Assembly: GCA_000992015.1 (NCBI GenBank)
Contig: LBSQ01000019.1
Coordinates: forward strand, 1 to 33,701
DNA: 33,701 nucleotides
DNA from: Parcubacteria group bacterium GW2011_GWA2_37_10
GTDB taxonomy: Bacteria > Patescibacteriota > Minisyncoccia > Minisyncoccales > Staskawiczbacteraceae
Direction: 5' to 3'
Positions 1 through 7,641 of this stretch are shown here, piece after piece. The position numbers and the translations under genes are program-made. The notes under the pieces were generated by a model, which ran no database searches, was not told where the DNA came from, and saw only the letters and a list, made by a program, of their open reading frames with translations. Within the stretch, counting starts at the first letter, position 1; the number at the start of each line of letters is the position of its first letter.

Positions 1-1
1 T

Positions 2-403
2 GCAGACGGTTTTACTTATAGAACAAAAGTTGTAGCCCGCGCTTTGATTTTTAAAAAATCTGACATAGATAAATTTGCCAAAGACTACGTTGTTTTCCAA
101 ATGCCGGATTCAAAAACGTTATTGGAAAAAAGTTACAGTATAAGTTACAATTCTAAAAGCGTGGATATCCAGGGCGGTAAAATAATTTTAGATCTAGATT
201 TTTCATATAAAATTTATCAAAACATTGATAAAAATTCCTTAATATCTTCGTTCGGTGGTATGACGGCAAGCCAGATAAACGATTCTATCAATAATAATTT
301 TGGCGACCAAGTTTCTAAAGTCAAAGTTAATCTTTGGCCGTTCTGGGTAACAAAAGCTCCAAGAAGCCAAAAAATAATCAATGTTGAGCTCAAATTTGAA
401 TAG
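2..403 (+). CDS. hypothetical protein, C-terminal part (frame stays open to the left window edge)
   Basis: Frame 2 has no stop from nt 2 to the TAG at 401-403. The ORF-track Met at 44 is probably internal. No family recognised by eye. Confidence 0.5.
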   Translation, partial: ADGFTYRTKVVARALIFKKSDIDKFAKDYVVFQMPDSKTLLEKSYSISYNSKSVDIQGGKIILDLDFSYKIYQNIDKNSLISSFGGMTASQINDSINNNFGDQVSKVKVNLWPFWVTKAPRSQKIINVELKFE

Positions 404-407
404 GGGC

Positions 408-436
408 TTGACCTTTGATCAATAATTTGCTAATAT
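408..436 (+). promoter_or_regulatory. candidate sigma70-type promoter upstream of infA
   Basis: TTGACC (408-413), 17-nt spacer, TAATAT (431-436). A second TATAAT lies at 443-448. Confidence 0.3.
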
Positions 437-450
437 TGCTTGTATAATCG

Positions 451-699
451 ATGAATTTAAATAACGATCAAAATAGCCAACAGGACTCTAAAAAAACCAT
501 AAGGGTTGAGGGTAGAGTTATAGAGGCTTTACCAAACGCCTTTTTTAAGGTAGTATTAAGCGACAAAAGAGAAGTTATGGGTTTTCTTTCCGGCAAAATG
601 AGAATGAACAGAATTACAATTTTGCCAGGTGATAGAGTTACGTTGGAAATGACACCGTATGACGAATCGAAAGGAAGAATAGTGTACAGACTCAAATAA
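451..699 (+). CDS. infA: translation initiation factor IF-1
   Basis: S1-like IF-1 sequence (IRVEGRVIEALPNAFFKV...GKMRMNRITILPGDRV...YDESKGRIVYR). Sits in the canonical position before rpmJ-rpsM. Confidence 0.95.
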   Translation: MNLNNDQNSQQDSKKTIRVEGRVIEALPNAFFKVVLSDKREVMGFLSGKMRMNRITILPGDRVTLEMTPYDESKGRIVYRLK

Positions 700-705
700 A
701 AAATT

Positions 706-746
706 AAAAACATAAAAACCTAAAATTTTTAGATTTTTATGTTTTT
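706..746 (+). terminator. long AT-rich hairpin between infA and rpmJ (possible terminator or attenuator)
   Basis: AAAAACATAAAA(706-717) pairs with TTTTATGTTTTT(735-746). An inner CTAAAA/TTTTAG pairing adds to the stem, and T-rich sequence follows. Confidence 0.35.
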
Positions 747-771
747 ATATTTTATATTTTTTCTTACCTAA

Positions 772-888
772 ATGAAAGTCAGGCCATCTATTAGAAAAAT
801 TTGCAACGATTGTAAAATTGTCAGAAGAGAGGGGCGGATTTATGTTATCTGCAAAAAGAATCCAAAACATAAACAAAGGCAAGGATAA
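772..888 (+). CDS. rpmJ: 50S ribosomal protein L36
   Basis: A 38-aa ORF absent from the ORF track: [38 protein letters not shown]. It has the CxxC...C...H zinc-ribbon pattern typical of L36 and the canonical infA-rpmJ-rpsM order. Confidence 0.9.
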   Translation: MKVRPSIRKICNDCKIVRREGRIYVICKKNPKHKQRQG

Positions 889-893
889 AATTT

Positions 894-1283
894 ATGCCAA
901 GAATAGCAGGGGTAAATATACCCGAAAATAAAAGAATAGAAATAGCGTTGACCTATATTTACGGTATAGGCAGGCCTTTAAGTAAAAAAATTTTAAAAGA
1001 GGTGGCTATTGATATAAATAAAAAATCATCGGATTTGACCCAAAAAGAAGTCAATGATTTAAAAGATTTAATTGAAAAAAAATATAAAATTGAAGGAGAC
1101 CTGAGAAGGCAGGTCATGATTAACGTCAAAAGGTTAAAGGATATCGGAGCATGGCGCGGGTTAAGGCACATTAAAGGGTTGCCGGTTAGAGGACAGAGAA
1201 CTAAAACAAATAACCGAACAGTAAGGGGCAATGTGAGAAAAACAATGGGGTCGGGACGCAAACCGGCGGCAGCGCCAACATAA
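894..1283 (+). CDS. rpsM: 30S ribosomal protein S13
   Basis: [10 protein letters not shown]...IYGIG...[16 protein letters not shown] signature and synteny. Confidence 0.97.
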   Translation: MPRIAGVNIPENKRIEIALTYIYGIGRPLSKKILKEVAIDINKKSSDLTQKEVNDLKDLIEKKYKIEGDLRRQVMINVKRLKDIGAWRGLRHIKGLPVRGQRTKTNNRTVRGNVRKTMGSGRKPAAAPT

Positions 1284-1370
1284 TGAAATCCGAAACACGA
1301 AATCCGACTTAATTCCGCAGAATTACAGCGAGCAAAGTCGAGCGGTTCTAATCCGAAACAAATCCAAAAG

Positions 1371-1402
1371 TTTCGAATTTCGAAATTCGAATTTCGAGTT
1401 TC
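1371..1402. repeat. tandem heptamer array (TTTCGAA x about 4.5) in the rpsM-rpsK spacer
   Basis: Read directly: tttcgaa tttcgaa attcgaa tttcgag tttc. TTCGAA is self-complementary, so the array can fold. An adjacent 8-bp hairpin (1402-1420) abuts the rpsK ATG. Confidence 0.8.
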
Positions 1403-1422
1403 TTTTTACGAAGTAAAAAGCT

Positions 1423-1878
1423 ATGGGGAAAAAACATATAATAGAAACAAATCAAGAGGATTTAATAAAGGAGAAAGAAAAAGTTGAAGCATCTTTAAGA
1501 AAAGAAACAAAAACAAAGCCGGCATCAGGCGGAGTTTTAGAAGGTAAAATATACGTTTCTTCTTCTTATAACAACACGATAATAACTCTTACTAATTCAA
1601 AGGGGCAAGTTTTGGCATGGAAATCGGCCGGTTCTGTTGGTTTTAAGGGAACAAAAAAAGCAACTTCTTTTGCGGCGTCAAGGGTTGCGGAAGCCATAGC
1701 TAACATCTGTAAAAAATTAGCAGTAGAAAAAGTGGAGGTTTTGATAAGAGGGATTGGCTCCGGAAGGGAATCCAGCATCAGAACGTTAGTTGCGCAAGGT
1801 TTAAATATAGTTTGCATAAAAGACATAACTCCGGTTCCGCACAACGGTTGCCGATTAAGAAAAGTGCGTAGAGTGTAA
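1423..1878 (+). CDS. rpsK: 30S ribosomal protein S11 (with a roughly 20-aa N-terminal extension)
   Basis: Core motif SSYNNTIITLT...G.LAW.SAGS.GFKG.KK.T.FAA and synteny. Confidence 0.97.
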   Translation: MGKKHIIETNQEDLIKEKEKVEASLRKETKTKPASGGVLEGKIYVSSSYNNTIITLTNSKGQVLAWKSAGSVGFKGTKKATSFAASRVAEAIANICKKLAVEKVEVLIRGIGSGRESSIRTLVAQGLNIVCIKDITPVPHNGCRLRKVRRV

Positions 1879-1882
1879 AATC

Positions 1883-2512
1883 ATGATATACGACCAGTGT
1901 AAAACTTGCAGACGTTTAGGGCAAAAACTCTTTTTAAAGGGCGATCGTTGTCTTTCGCAAAAATGCGCTATGGTAAGACGAGCTTATGCTCCAGGTCCCC
2001 AGAAAAAAAGAAGAGGAGGAAGCCCGTCTGAATATAAAAAATCTTTGTATGAAAAGCAGACATTAAAAAAATGGTATGGTCTTTCCGAACGGCAGTTTAA
2101 GAAATATGTAAAAGAAACCCTGGCAAAAATGGGTAAGGTGGAAAATGTGTCAAATGAGCTTATAAAAAAATTAGAAAGCAGATTAGATAATGTTATTTTC
2201 CGCCTGGGTTTTGTAAATTCCAGAATACACGCCAGACAGCTTGTTTCGCACGGTTATTTTTTGGTAAACGGCAAGCCCGTGAACATCCCTTCCTTCAATG
2301 TAAAAAAAGGCGACATTATATCTATCAAGGAATCAAAAAAGAAAAAACCCATTTTTAAGGAATTACAAACGCAACTAAAAAGAAAAGAAGCTCCGTTGTG
2401 GCTAAATCTTGATAGGGGAAAATTTGAGGGCAAATCTGTCGGCGAACCCAATTTAGAGGAAGTTAAGCCGCCTGCAGAAATTCCACTAATATTCGAGTTT
2501 TATTCACGATAA
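1883..2512 (+). CDS. rpsD: 30S ribosomal protein S4
   Basis: N-terminal Cys cluster (CKTCRR...C...QKC), an S4 RNA-binding domain (LESRLDNVIFRLGF..SR..ARQLV.HG) and synteny. Confidence 0.97.
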   Translation: MIYDQCKTCRRLGQKLFLKGDRCLSQKCAMVRRAYAPGPQKKRRGGSPSEYKKSLYEKQTLKKWYGLSERQFKKYVKETLAKMGKVENVSNELIKKLESRLDNVIFRLGFVNSRIHARQLVSHGYFLVNGKPVNIPSFNVKKGDIISIKESKKKKPIFKELQTQLKRKEAPLWLNLDRGKFEGKSVGEPNLEEVKPPAEIPLIFEFYSR

Positions 2513-2550
2513 TAATCGCTCCGCTAAAAATAAAATTAAACATCAAAAAC

Positions 2551-3507
2551 ATGATACCTCTTCCGTTAGCTCCAAAAATAATTCAAAAGAAGAAAAACCA
2601 AGCGGTTTTTGAAGTTGAAGGCCTTTATCCGGGCTACGGAGTTACTATTGGAAATGCTTTAAGACGCGTTTTGCTGTCTTCGCTCGGCGGAGCCTCAATA
2701 ACTCAAGTAAAAATTAAAGGAGCTTCACATGAATTTTCTACAATGCCGGGTGTTTTGGAAGACACTATAATGATACTTTTAAATTTGAAAAAGTTAAGAT
2801 TTAAAATTTATGAGGGCGATGTTCAAAAAGTTATATTAAAAGTAAAAGGAGAAAAAGAAATAAAGGGTTCCGATTTTGAGACTTCCTCGCAAGTAAAACT
2901 CGTAAACCCGGATATTCATATTGCCACAATAACCGATAAAAAAACGGAATTGGAGATAGAGCTCCAAATTGAAAAGGGAATCGGATACGAACCAAAAGAG
3001 CAAAGAAAAAACGTAACAGCCGGCGCCAAAAAATCGGAGATAGGCGCAATAGCTACCGATGCTATTTTTACGCCGATTAGAAATGTCAACTTTCAGGTTG
3101 AAAATATGCGCGTGGGCGACAGGACAGATTTTGATAAACTAAGCCTGGAGATAGAAACCGACGGCACTATTACGTCAGAAGAAGCATTTTTTGAGGCATG
3201 TGAAATACTTATAAAGCATTTTAATATAATTTTTGAAGGCAAGTCCGGAAAGCAGGAAGAAGAAAAGGCGGCAAAAAAATCGGAAGCAAAAATTGAGGGC
3301 GATGCGACGCAAACCAGTGTGGAAAATTTAAATCTTACGGGCAGAACCCTTAATGCTTTGTTAAAAAACAATATAAAAACAATTGGAGGCATTTTGAAAA
3401 AATCTGAAAAAACGTTATCAGAATTAGAAGGAATGGGGGATAAAGCAATGTCTGAAGTAAAAAGAAAAATTAAAAAATTAGGATTTGAGTTAAAATCAGG
3501 AGAATAA
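2551..3507 (+). CDS. rpoA: DNA-directed RNA polymerase subunit alpha
   Basis: The N-terminal domain ([15 protein letters not shown]) and the C-terminal helix-hairpin-helix domain (L.L..RT.NAL....I.TIG.L) are both recognisable. Position is after rpsD. Confidence 0.97.
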   Translation: MIPLPLAPKIIQKKKNQAVFEVEGLYPGYGVTIGNALRRVLLSSLGGASITQVKIKGASHEFSTMPGVLEDTIMILLNLKKLRFKIYEGDVQKVILKVKGEKEIKGSDFETSSQVKLVNPDIHIATITDKKTELEIELQIEKGIGYEPKEQRKNVTAGAKKSEIGAIATDAIFTPIRNVNFQVENMRVGDRTDFDKLSLEIETDGTITSEEAFFEACEILIKHFNIIFEGKSGKQEEEKAAKKSEAKIEGDATQTSVENLNLTGRTLNALLKNNIKTIGGILKKSEKTLSELEGMGDKAMSEVKRKIKKLGFELKSGE

Positions 3508-3508
3508 T

Positions 3509-3859
3509 ATGCGTAAGTTGAATAAAGGAAGAATGTTATCAAGGCCTAAAAGCCAGAGAAAGGCGCTATTGCGAACCTTAGCCACCAGTCTTTTTTTACA
3601 CGAAAAAATTAAAACCACGGAGGCAAAAGCGAAAGAGTTAAGGTCGGTTGCGGAAAAGTTTATTACAAAGGCAAAAAAGAATAACCTTTTTTCCAGAAGA
3701 ATACTATCAAGAGATTTGGCTATAATAACGGTTAAAAAGTTAGTAGATGAAATTGCGCCCAGATATCAGGAGAGGCATGGGGGATATACAAGAATTATAA
3801 AACTTGGACCTCGCCATTCGGACGGGGCAAAGATGGTGATAATAGAATTGGTAAAGTAA
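3509..3859 (+). CDS. rplQ: 50S ribosomal protein L17
   Basis: [31 protein letters not shown]...EK.IT.AK and GGYTRI.K.G.R..DGA motifs, with synteny after rpoA. Confidence 0.95.
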   Translation: MRKLNKGRMLSRPKSQRKALLRTLATSLFLHEKIKTTEAKAKELRSVAEKFITKAKKNNLFSRRILSRDLAIITVKKLVDEIAPRYQERHGGYTRIIKLGPRHSDGAKMVIIELVK

Positions 3860-3873
3860 ATCTCTAAGTTCAT

Positions 3874-4233
3874 ATGGAAACAATTAAACGAGAAACACAT
3901 ATAATAGACGCAGATGGGAAAAGTTTGGGCAGATTAGCTGTCGAGGTTTCTATTTTGTTGCGAGGAAAAAACAAGCCAAATTTTGAAGCATATAAAGAAA
4001 TGGGAGATATTGTTATTATAAAAAACGTGGAAAAAATTAAATATACAGGCAATAAATTGGAAAATAAAAATTATTTCCACTTTACTGGATATTTGGGAAA
4101 TATGAAACAAGCTACTTTGAAAGAATTTTTAGCTAGAAGAGGCCCCAAAGAAGTTTTGAGAAAAGCAATTATGGGTATGTTGCCAAAGAATAAACTAAGA
4201 GCGGTTCAGATTAAAAGATTAAAGTTTGAATGA
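3874..4233 (+). CDS. rplM: 50S ribosomal protein L13 (short form)
   Basis: IIDADGKSLGRLA..V...LRGK.KP motif. An ATGA start/stop overlap links it to the next gene. Confidence 0.93.
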   Translation: METIKRETHIIDADGKSLGRLAVEVSILLRGKNKPNFEAYKEMGDIVIIKNVEKIKYTGNKLENKNYFHFTGYLGNMKQATLKEFLARRGPKEVLRKAIMGMLPKNKLRAVQIKRLKFE

Positions 4234-4865
4234 AAATCAGCAATAATATGCCTGGAAAAAAAATCAAAAAAATAACAAAAAAATCAGAAGATAAATCAGC
4301 CATCGCCAATGCCGTGGTGAAAGAAGAGGATGAAAAAACTCTGGTTGTTGAAGTTCCCGAAGAAACAAAATTTACCCCTATTGTTGAACAGGACATTAGC
4401 GGCGGGGAAGATGTGGGAGACGAAGAGATTTCAAGAGAAATTGCAAAAAAAATAAAAGAAGATGCCGGAAAACCTGATCGTTATTTTGAAGCAATTGGAA
4501 GAAGAAAAACAGCGGTAGCCCGCGTGAGGCTTTTTACAAAAGGAGAAAAAGAATTTATTGTAAATAATAAACCATATCAGCAATATTTTATTTTACCAGA
4601 AGACCAGGAAACGGCTGTTTCCTCAATGAAAAAAATGAAATGTTTTGATAAATTCAGAGTAACGGTAAAGGTTGAGGGCGGAGGCCGACATGCTCAAGCA
4701 GAAGCAGTAAGGCACGGAACAGCAAGAGTTCTGGTTGATTTTAATCAAAATTTTAGAAAAAGATTGAGAAAAGCCGGATTTTTAACCCGCGACCCAAGAA
4801 TGAGAGAAAGAAAAAAATTCGGACTTCTCAGAGCCCGCCGCGCTCCTCAGTGGGCAAAGAGATAA
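4230..4865 (+). CDS. rpsI: 30S ribosomal protein S9 with a roughly 85-aa charged N-terminal extension (start uncertain)
   Basis: The C-terminal 125 aa is canonical S9 (YFEAIGRRKTAVARV...GGG...QA.A.RHG.ARVL...LRKAGFLTRDPR..ERKK.G...ARRAPQ..KR). An in-frame GTG at 4413, preceded by GGGGAAG, is an alternative start. Confidence 0.9.
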   Translation: MKISNNMPGKKIKKITKKSEDKSAIANAVVKEEDEKTLVVEVPEETKFTPIVEQDISGGEDVGDEEISREIAKKIKEDAGKPDRYFEAIGRRKTAVARVRLFTKGEKEFIVNNKPYQQYFILPEDQETAVSSMKKMKCFDKFRVTVKVEGGGRHAQAEAVRHGTARVLVDFNQNFRKRLRKAGFLTRDPRMRERKKFGLLRARRAPQWAKR

Positions 4866-4872
4866 AAATTTT

Positions 4873-4896
4873 AAAAGTCGCCGCAGGGCGACTTTT
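4873..4896 (+). terminator. hairpin after rpsI (probable operon terminator)
   Basis: AAAAGTCGCC-GCAG-GGCGACTTTT forms a 10-bp stem and lies in the 80-nt gap after rpsI. Confidence 0.5.
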
Positions 4897-4945
4897 GAGT
4901 TGCTCTGCTCTTGCTATTTTTTGGGAAATAAAATAAAATTATTTT

Positions 4946-5632
4946 ATGCTAAAAGAACTTATAGACCAGTTTTATTTAGAGAATCAGAAAAATAAAGAGC
5001 AGACGCGGTTTTATATTACAGATGCCGGCAAGTGTTCTCGCGCTGTTTTTTTTAGGTTTAAAAATGCGCCGAGGGAACCGGTGCAGGCGAGGATTATGCG
5101 CATATTTGAGCACGGAGAAAACATACATAGAAATATCTTTAACATTTTATACCGTTTAAGGCTGGGAGTTACCACAGAAATTCCAATTCCTTCCCAGGAA
5201 ATAATTTCGGGAAGAGCAGATGCAATTTTATGCATCAATAACGAAAATTATGTGCTTGATATTAAAAGCATGAATAGCATGATTTTCAGAAATCTTGCGC
5301 AACCAAAAGAAGAAAACGTTTATCAAATTCAACTTTACATGCATTATTTTGACATTAAAAAAGGCATTTTGCTTTACATTGACAAAGACCAACAGGAAAT
5401 CAAAGAATTTTTTGTGGAATATGACGAACCATTAGTTAAATCTCTCTTAGATAAATTTTACGGATTAAAAGTAGAAATAGAGGCAAACAAAATTCCCGCG
5501 CGGCTTGCGGATTATCCCCGCAATTGGCAATGCAGTTATTGCGCATTTAAAGACATATGCAAGACAGCCAACGGAGACGAAATAAGCTGGGAAGATTTTA
5601 AGAAAAAAATAGAAGAATTTTCAAAAACATAA
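4946..5632 (+). CDS. Cas4/RecB-like PD-(D/E)XK nuclease with a 4-Cys cluster (stand-alone)
   Basis: N-terminal Cys (GKCSRAVFF), D...DIK core (GRADAIL...VLDIKS), QxxxY (QIQLYMHY) and C-terminal CxxCx5C (WQCSYCAFKDIC). No cas genes are nearby. Confidence 0.7.
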   Translation: MLKELIDQFYLENQKNKEQTRFYITDAGKCSRAVFFRFKNAPREPVQARIMRIFEHGENIHRNIFNILYRLRLGVTTEIPIPSQEIISGRADAILCINNENYVLDIKSMNSMIFRNLAQPKEENVYQIQLYMHYFDIKKGILLYIDKDQQEIKEFFVEYDEPLVKSLLDKFYGLKVEIEANKIPARLADYPRNWQCSYCAFKDICKTANGDEISWEDFKKKIEEFSKT

Positions 5633-5641
5633 GTATAAAAC

Positions 5642-5667
5642 AAAAATGGGGCAAGCGCCCCATTTTT
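5642..5667. terminator. bidirectional hairpin terminator between convergent genes
   Basis: AAAAATGGGG-CAAGCG-CCCCATTTTT. A/T runs on both sides allow it to work in either direction. Confidence 0.6.
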
Positions 5668-5681
5668 GTTGGCAAAAGTTA

Positions 5682-6665
5682 TCACTGAATCATTTGCTCT
5701 GAAAGCAATAAATTATCTGCAGTTAAGATGTAAAGTTTTTTGTCTGTCTGGCTAAAATATATTTTAGAGTTTTTAATATCAACAGTTTGTTCGTCTATTA
5801 AAATTTCATCCGGCAGTTCAACCATGTTAATTTCATTTTTGTTATCAATTTCGGAAATTTTTATTTTACCTGCTTGAGTGAATATAACATAGTCGCTGTT
5901 TAACCAAAGGCAATCGCCGATTTTTTCCGAAAATCTATTCAAAAATGTTTTTTCGGAATTTGGCGAGTTTAAATAGGCAAATAAAATTTCGTAGTCATTA
6001 TAAAAAAGTATTTTTGTGTGGTCCGGGGAAATTTTAATGCTTTTAACGGGCGAGTAGAATGAATCCAAAATTTTGGTTTTTGTTTTTTCGGAAAAATCCG
6101 ACGTATAAAGCAGGTTGTCTTTTCCAATCCAATATATATTATTTTGATATGTATCAAAAGCTATGACATTTTTTATTATTAAAACATTTTTTCCGGAGTT
6201 ACTGTCATAAAGGTTGTTATTTTTTAAAATGAATCGTTCCTGTTTTGCAAAAGGGGATCGGGTTTTACCTGCCTGCGCAGGCAGGTCTGCCAAGGTTTCA
6301 AATTTAATATCTTTTTTAATCAAAAGGACGTGTTCTAATTTTGTAACTTCTTTTTCTTTTACCGGCAATGTTTTTTGGTAGTCAAAGTAACCGTTCTTTT
6401 TTATCAAAACTGTGTGGTTTTTGGGAAGCAAGTTTTGCATAAATGCAGAGTTTGTTATTATGTTGGTTTTCATAATCGGTTTTGAGTCAATATAAACCTC
6501 GGCTGGGCTAGGCCACACCCGTAAATAAATTCCTCCGGTTGCAACTATTTTTTTTTGATCAAAATCTATTCTGTAACCCAAAGAATGGCCGATAATAATC
6601 GGAGTTATAGAAAAAAACATGACCACGGAAACAATTAGTATAATGAAGCGAATTTGCTTTGACAT
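5682..6665 (-). CDS. membrane-anchored PEGA-domain protein with a beta-rich C-terminal region
   Basis: N-terminal TM helix and a PEGA-like motif (PSPAEVYIDSK...GYFDYQKTL). The repetitive beta-strand-like C-terminus is an inference. Confidence 0.6.
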   Translation of the reverse strand: MSKQIRFIILIVSVVMFFSITPIIIGHSLGYRIDFDQKKIVATGGIYLRVWPSPAEVYIDSKPIMKTNIITNSAFMQNLLPKNHTVLIKKNGYFDYQKTLPVKEKEVTKLEHVLLIKKDIKFETLADLPAQAGKTRSPFAKQERFILKNNNLYDSNSGKNVLIIKNVIAFDTYQNNIYWIGKDNLLYTSDFSEKTKTKILDSFYSPVKSIKISPDHTKILFYNDYEILFAYLNSPNSEKTFLNRFSEKIGDCLWLNSDYVIFTQAGKIKISEIDNKNEINMVELPDEILIDEQTVDIKNSKIYFSQTDKKLYILTADNLLLSEQMIQ

Positions 6666-6702
6666 TCTCTATATATAACATAAACTAACTCTTACCGCAC
6701 TA

Positions 6703-6731
6703 TTGACAATGTAAAATTTTTAGATTATTAT
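6703..6731 (+). promoter_or_regulatory. near-consensus sigma70 promoter in front of the GC-rich gene
   Basis: TTGACA (6703-6708), exactly 17 nt, TATTAT (6726-6731). AAGGAG at 6773-6778 lies 7 nt before the TTG start at 6786. Confidence 0.4.
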
Positions 6732-6785
6732 ACATGTGTATCTTGAACAGTACGGTCATGTCTTTTTTTGTGAAGGAGCAGTAAA

Positions 6786-7559
6786 TTGACAACAGAAGAA
6801 ATTTGGGAACTGTATTTACAGGGAAAGATTGAAGTCGCTGAAGCGGTGGCCACAAACGAGCTTTCCATGGTGGCCAGTTTGTCGATCAAGCAAGCATTGC
6901 ACGCGATTCTTGCCTGGTGTGCCTATCGGCGCAAGGAGTACGACGAGGCGTTGATAGAAATCGCTGGCGCTGGAGACAACCAGCGTGCATGTGAATGCCA
7001 CGCCTATGTGTTTGCTTATGCCAAAGGCTACGAGGATGACGTTAAGTTCCTTGCGCTGGTGCGTGAGCATTTAATCGGAAATATCAACGCCAGCAATGCA
7101 CTCGTAATTCGCGCAAGAATGCCCGATAGTGTCGTTGAGCACGAGCAAGTCTGGAGGATGGCGGAAAGTTTTGCCGAAGGCGCCGACGTCAGCAAACACG
7201 ACGTGTCGTTGGCAAACCTTCTGCACAACTGCGCGCGGTTTTTCCTCGACAAGGCGTGCAACCGACGCGACTTGACGTTTTCGCTCGGTCTGATTGAGGT
7301 TGCCTTAGCTCATTACGGAGAGGTGTCAAACTGGCACCATAGAGCCGCGGCAAACTTTTGGAAGTCGCACATCTTGGAGAAATTGACTGCGATTCCCGAC
7401 GCATTCGCGGCGGCCGCATTGTCTCTCAGTTTATGGGAATGCCAATGTGCCATGGAAAAGAAAACCGCGCCATTCCTCGACAAACTGGAATCGGTGCGCG
7501 CTCGCGTGGTGGATTTGGCTGAAAAGCTAGTCGAGTTCGCCAAACGAGCCCATGCGTGA
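6786..7559 (+). CDS. GC-rich ORFan, predicted all-alpha (TPR-like) 257-aa protein, TTG start
   Basis: An uninterrupted 257-codon frame in a roughly 53% G+C patch, from hand counts of lines 6841 and 7261. There is an SD plus TTG start. An in-frame TGA at 6771 excludes a longer N-terminus. No family recognised. Confidence 0.7.
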   Translation: MTTEEIWELYLQGKIEVAEAVATNELSMVASLSIKQALHAILAWCAYRRKEYDEALIEIAGAGDNQRACECHAYVFAYAKGYEDDVKFLALVREHLIGNINASNALVIRARMPDSVVEHEQVWRMAESFAEGADVSKHDVSLANLLHNCARFFLDKACNRRDLTFSLGLIEVALAHYGEVSNWHHRAAANFWKSHILEKLTAIPDAFAAAALSLSLWECQCAMEKKTAPFLDKLESVRARVVDLAEKLVEFAKRAHA

Positions 7560-7603
7560 TACATGGAATTAAGTTTCCGTAAAACGGTCTGCATCAGCAG
7601 ACA

Positions 7604-7640
7604 GACGAGTGTCGGTACATCCGAACCTCGTCTTTTTTTT
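7604..7640 (+). terminator. rho-independent terminator of the GC-rich gene
   Basis: GACGAG..TCGG-TACAT-CCGA..CTCGTC is a two-part stem, followed by T8 (7633-7640). Confidence 0.65.
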
Positions 7641-7641
7641 A

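Noticed and set aside
468-4396. Minus-strand ORFs of 60-150 aa inside the ribosomal and rpoA genes, for example 468-713, 959-1261, 1566-1844 and 3093-3542.
   Set aside because: They lie opposite confidently identified conserved genes. Their low-complexity, hydrophobic translations are typical of antisense AT-rich sequence.
6816-7594. Four antisense ORFs of 76-93 aa overlapping the GC-rich gene at 6786-7559. Similar ones overlap 18610-19638, for example 18780-19001, 19314-19574 and the same-strand alternate frame 19115-19456.
   Set aside because: Long stop-free antisense or alternate frames are an expected by-product of GC-rich coding sequence. They are nested in much longer ORFs that have start signals.
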